Positions 59,221 through 64,000 of a DNA stretch of 64,000 bases are shown here, in pieces (position 1 is the first letter of the stretch; every line of letters starts with the position of its first letter). The position numbers and the translations under genes were made by a program. Origin of the DNA: Centroscyllium fabricii (taxonomy: Eukaryota); the NCBI GenBank assembly GCA_051313645.2, contig JBNRSN020000003.1, forward strand, positions 178,746,001 to 178,810,000. The letters are read 5' to 3'. The notes under the pieces are model-generated. The model worked only from the letters and a program-made list of their open reading frames with translations. It did not search any database and was not told the DNA's origin.

Positions 59221-59620
59221 GGGCGGCACGGTGGCATAGTGGTTAGCACTGTTGTCTCACAGCACTGGAGACCCGGGTTCAAATCCAGCCTCAGGTACTA
59301 TCTGTGTGGAGTTTGCACATTCTCCCCGTGTCTGCGTGGGTTTCCTCCGGATGCTCCGGTTTCCTCCCACAGTCTAAAGATGTGCGGGTTAGGTTGATTG
59401 GCCATTGACCCTTAGTATTAGGGGGATTGAATATGTGGGGTTACGGGAATAGGGTGGGATATGTGTCGGTGCAGGCTCAATAGGGATCGAGCGATATAGG
59501 GACAAGGTAGGGACGGGGTACTGGGTTTGGATGATCAGCCATGATCTCATTGAATGGCGGAGCAGGCTTGAAGGGCCGAATGGCCTACTCCTGCTCCTAT
59601 CTTCTATGTTTCTATGTTTC
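59221..59620 (+). mobile_element. Full-length tRNA-derived V-SINE (HE1-like)
   Basis: GGGCGGCACGGTGGCATAGTGGTTAGCAC head, B box, V-domain, CR1-derived tail ending (TTTCTATG)n. Confidence 0.9.
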
Positions 59621-59790
59621 ATCTACATACAGCCCTTGGTGACATCATCAGCAGACATAGGGTAAGTTTTCACATGTATGCTGCTGACATGCAGTTCTAC
59701 CTTTTCATCACCTTTCACTGCCTCTGTGCTGTTAGACTGCTTGTCCAACATTTAGTCTTGAAAAAGTCTTAACTCCCTCCAGCTGAACAT

Positions 59791-60593
59791 GGGGGGGGGG
59801 GGGATTTTTCTCGAGCTTTGATGGCGTGTTTCCGGCGGGGCGGGGCTTAAAATCCCAAAACCGGGGGGGTCCTGACCCCTCCTGCTGGATCCCTGCCACT
59901 TTGCAGTTTTCAGCCAGCGTGTCTAACTGGCGCAAATCTTTCCCACCCGCCACTGGCGCGGTTGATCTTTGTGCTCATTAGGGGCCCTTAATTGCCATGG
60001 GTACTCCCATTTTAAGGGCCCCTCGCGATTTTTGAGCCACCCATACCCCGCAATCCTGAAACCCCGCCAGTGAAACCTAGCAGGATCACAGTCGGCTTGA
60101 TCACTTTCGCCTTCAAGGCATTGAAGGACCTGTAGTAGAATGCCTTCAACACCCTGGAGGTGTAAGTGACTCCCTTGTCTGAAGAGCAGCTGTGGAGAAA
60201 ACCATCCTGAAACGTACCTGACAGATGAATGGAAATGCTTCACAGAGAGACGGCCCGTAACTGTGAGCTTTCCAGCGAGTCTTTAGACCTGTCACTCAAC
60301 CCACTTGGTCTTTGAGATTGGTTGCACTCCATTGTGATGTCACAATGCACTGTTTCGATAGAAACTAACAACACACAGTCCTTACCTCTGTCAATCAAAC
60401 CTTTGGCTGTCAGCTGCAGCTCTGCTGTTTTCTGACTGGAATCAGTCAATTGGCAGGGGCTCTAACACGTGGATAATTAATTGGCCAACTAAGCCAAAAT
60501 TGTGTGGGGCTCCCAGGCCCTTGAACATTTGTGTCAGAAACCTGATCCACCCAAAACCCACCAGCTTTCCACACCTTTGCCAAAATCCCCCCC
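59791..60593. mobile_element. GC-rich MITE-like element inside an L2 fragment
   Basis: TIR-like ends GGGGGGATTTT ... AAAATCCCCCC with L2-like sequence on both sides. Confidence 0.5.
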
Positions 60594-61085
60594 TAAGTCA
60601 TTGTCCTCTGCCCTTGTCACAAATTCTGCTCCTTCAACACTGACTCCATTCCCCACCCTGGCTACTATCTCAGGCTGAACTAAATTTTGCAGAAACCAGG
60701 CTCTTCACAACATTGGCATCCTATTCGACCCCAAGCTGAGTTTCCGACCCATGTCCTTTCCATCAAAAAACCACCTGATCCCACCTCAGCTTATCTGCTG
60801 CTGAAGCCCTCCTACATGCCTTTATCGCATCCAGACTTGATGGGCAGGATTTTCATTGTGCCATGGAGTCGGGATTGGAGGCATGGGGGGGGGATTAAAA
60901 TCCCCAAATGAGGGGTCCAGACCCCATCCCGCACCCAAACCCGCCTCCATGCCAGTTTCAAAGGAGGTGGGTACCCGCCCCGCACTGGGACCTGCCTACC
61001 CGAGGCGGGAAGCGATTAGTGCCAATTAACTGCCTGTTAACAGATAGTTAACAAACTGATTTTAGCCTAATCCCTATTTTATAGG

Positions 61086-61364
61086 TGTGGTAACCATAAT
61101 GTTATGTATACCACTGCATTCTTGTTGCCAATAATTGGCTGTGTATATGTGATACACAGCCCTGTAATACTGCCGGGAGCCAGGTCAGCCACACCTCTAA
61201 CTCCTCCCCCAGATGAGGCCTTTATAGGTGGAGACTGACTGAGGCTCCCTCATTCCTGCTTAGATGTTCGTTCGGAGGGTAGCTCCTAAGTAAGTGATTA
61301 AAAGCCTATAGTTACGGTAACTACTCGTTGAATCTTTTAATCTGAAAATATTGACGATACGTCA
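61086..61364 (+). mobile_element. Solo LTR (279 bp)
   Basis: TGTGG..GTCA ends, 5-bp TSD ATAGG, internal TTTATA and ATTAAA. Confidence 0.7.
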
Positions 61365-61739
61365 ATAGGTTGAAGTTTGGGATTCCTGATGGCTCTAAAC
61401 CACGCCAAGTTAGAGGAGTCGGGCCATCGGGTTGAAGGACTTGGAGGGGTCGAGATGTCGGTGTTCAGGTGAGTGATGTGTGCATGACTGCAAAGGTAAG
61501 TGTGTTTGGTGTGTGTAAAGTGATTAAAGAAGTTTTACTTACCTATTCTTACCTTTTCAGCCTTCCTTCCTTTAGGTCTCGGTAGTCCCTCATCTCACCG
61601 GCACAGAAAGCAGAATGGCTGCGAACTGTCAAAAGTGACAGCCTGCAGCTTTCTGTGCAGAAGAGATTTCTAACTGAGTCTGTGGAGATGGACTCATGTT
61701 AGAAGTGAGACTGTCAGTGTTTGACAGCTTCAAACAAAT

Positions 61740-62650
61740 GAAGTGTCAAACTGCACAATATGCTAGAAATATCAAGTAAGCAATCATGCAGAACCACTAA
61801 AGCCACACCCAGCACCAGACAGACCTTACCAGAAGGTAGGCACTGACCTATTTGTATGTCAAGGGAAGGACTATCTTGTAGTCACAGTCTATTACTCCCT
61901 GTATCCAGAGGTGTGTAGACTGTACACCACCACTGCAGATGCTGTGATAACATGTATGAAAGCCATATTCTCCAGACATGGCGTGGCAAACGAGGTCTTC
62001 ACAGACAATGGACCCCAGTTTTGCAATTCAAGTTTCCGACACTTTGCCAAAGAGTGGGACTTTGTCCACACAATGTCAAGTCCTCATTTTCCGCAGTCCA
62101 ATGGACTGGTGGAAAAATCGGTACAGACAGTGAAAAGACTGATGTACAAGGCAAAAGACAGTGGAACTGACTTCTGCCAGAGCATGCTAGTATACTGCAC
62201 AATGCCGCTTGAGTGTGGTATGTCGCCAGCCCAACTCCTTAAGGGACGTAGGCTAAGATCAAACCTACCCATCCCGGAGAACCTCCTGAAAACAAAAGAG
62301 GGGTAGAAAGTGAGTAAGTTCAAAGAACAACAGAAAGTAAAGCAAAAGTACTACTTTGACAGAGAAACACAAAACCTACCTGAACTCCACACTGGTGACC
62401 AAGTAAGGCTCAAAGACAAAACAAACATATGTACTCAGAAGGGAACTGTCCTTAAGGAAGTCCAACCAAGATCATACACCATTCAGACAGATGAAGGTGC
62501 TGTTCTTCGAAGAAATCATTGAGATCTTCTCATGGGACCAGCTGAGAAGACATCATCTGAGGCAACAACTCAGATTCAAGGACAATCAATCAGGAGATCA
62601 TAAAGACACGTAAAACCTCCTGAGAGACTCAAAGAGCAAATTTAAAGACT
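61740..62650 (+). pseudogene. Degenerate Gypsy integrase fragment
   Basis: PYQKVGTDLF, IFSRHGV..VFTDNGPQF, SSPHFPQSNGLVEKSVQTVK, SPAQLL.GRRLRS, PRSYTI. Confidence 0.8.
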
Positions 62651-62714
62651 CTTGTTATAGAATGAAGTAGTGCTATCTTATTCACTCTTCAAGTTCTAGT
62701 GTATGTATATATTT

Positions 62715-62853
62715 CAAGCATTGTCTGCATACTGTAATTCGATGACAGAGGATGGAACAACCTTGGATTTGGACTGGAGGTGACAGAGGTTGAACTGTTT
62801 CCCGTTTGTTCTGTAAATTAGCTGCACTCCAGTGGGGAGCTTACTGAGGGTGA
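62715..62853 (-). mobile_element. RTE fragment
   Basis: KLPTGVQLIYRTNGKQFNL..IELQYAD matches 22325-22458. Confidence 0.75.
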
Positions 62854-62867
62854 GAAGTAAATGGTTA

Positions 62868-63892
62868 TGATGTAATTGCCAATACAATGACATGGTTGCA
62901 GGGTAACCAAAGCTGGGAACTGAATGTTCCAGGGTACTCAACATTTAGGAAGGACAGGCAAAAAGGAAAAGGAGGTGGCGTGGTGCTGTTAATAAGGGAT
63001 GAGATCAGTACTGTACAGATAAAAGATCTTGGCTTGGCAGATCATGATGTAGAACTAGTATCAGTTTGGGTGGAGCTAAGAAAAAGCAAAGGGAGGAAAA
63101 CATTGGTGGGACTTGTGTACAGGCCACCAAACAGTTATCGTAATGTAGGGCACAATATCAATCAATAAATTAGAAGTGAATGTAATGAGGGCAATACGGT
63201 AATCATGGGGGACCTTAATCTACATATTGACTGGGCAAATCAAATTACCACTAATGGTGTGGAGGATGAATTCTTGGAATGCATGAGAGATGGTTTCCTA
63301 GATCAGTATGTGGAGGAACCAACCAGGGAGCAGGCTATTCTGGATCTGGTACTGTGAAATGAGAAAGGGCTAATCAATAATCTTGTGGTAAAGGGACCTT
63401 TAGGGACAAGTGACCAGAATATGATTGAATTTTACATTAAGTTTGAGAGTGATATAGTCCAATCTGAAACCAAGGCCTTCAATCTAAACACAGGAAAATA
63501 TAAGGGATTGAGGGATAAGTTGGCCATGGTAGATTGGGAGATTACACTATAAGGTACGAAGGTGGACATACAATGGCTAACATTCAAGGAAATAATGCAT
63601 AATTTGCAACAAACATATATTCCTCTAAGGCATAAAAACCCAAAAGGAAAAGTGATGCAACCATGGCTAACAGAAGAAATTAAAGCTAGTAATAAGTCAA
63701 AGGAGGAAGCTTATAAAGCTGCCAGTCAAAGCGGTCAGCCGGATGATTGGGATCTTTTTAGAAATCAGCATAGGGGTACCAAGAAATTGATAAAGAAAGG
63801 AAAAATGGAATATGAGCACAAACTAGCGAAAATATAAAAACGGATTGTAAAAGCTTCTATAGGTATGTGAAAAGGAAAAGACTGGTGAAGGT
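62868..63892 (+). mobile_element. CR1 ORF2 endonuclease-region fragment
   Basis: FRKDRQKGKGGGV, VWVEL, VYRPPNS, MGD.N, EPTREQAILDL, PWLT.EIK. Confidence 0.85.
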
Positions 63893-64000
63893 AAATTCAA
63901 TTCAATTGAATTGAATTGAATTGAATTGAATTCAAGTTTTATTGTCATTGCAGAGTACTAGTACAATACAACGAGACGAAGACTCGACGCTCCCGAGAGT
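63893..64000 (-). mobile_element. Rex1/Babar LINE 3' end, running off the window
   Basis: (AATTG)n then TTTATTGTCATTGCAG..AGTACAATACAA..GACTCG..GCTCCCGAGAGT, matching 18333-18412. Confidence 0.8.

Overview
This is eukaryotic vertebrate DNA. The SINE/LINE repertoire (HE1-type V-SINEs, a SacSINE1-type Deu-SINE, CR1/HER1-type LINEs) indicates an elasmobranch (shark). The only host gene is the first coding exon of ZNF608 (minus strand, CDS 8840-7908), with about 8 kb of downstream intron to its left and a CpG/microsatellite-rich promoter region around 9-14 kb. From about 15 kb to 64 kb the upstream region is a dense, nested stack of transposons. It holds three full-length Gypsy LTR elements (tRNA-Trp-primed; Mag-type with an intact ORF; a self-priming Tf1/sushi chromovirus), a mini-Gypsy deletion derivative and three solo LTRs. 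It also holds CR1, L2, RTE and Rex1/Babar LINE pieces, tRNA- and 5S-derived SINEs, and MITEs. There are six insertions of a Penelope-type terminal repeat, five of which retain at least part of a minimal hammerhead ribozyme motif; one insertion forms a ~570-bp hairpin. The most notable signals are the hammerhead/Penelope system, a 5S-derived SINE with a non-5S 5' end and a Rex1 tail, a helically phased 13-bp motif array next to the ZNF608 promoter, a uORF overlapping the ZNF608 start codon, and the self-priming signal of the chromovirus. All family assignments come from recognition by eye; no database search was run.
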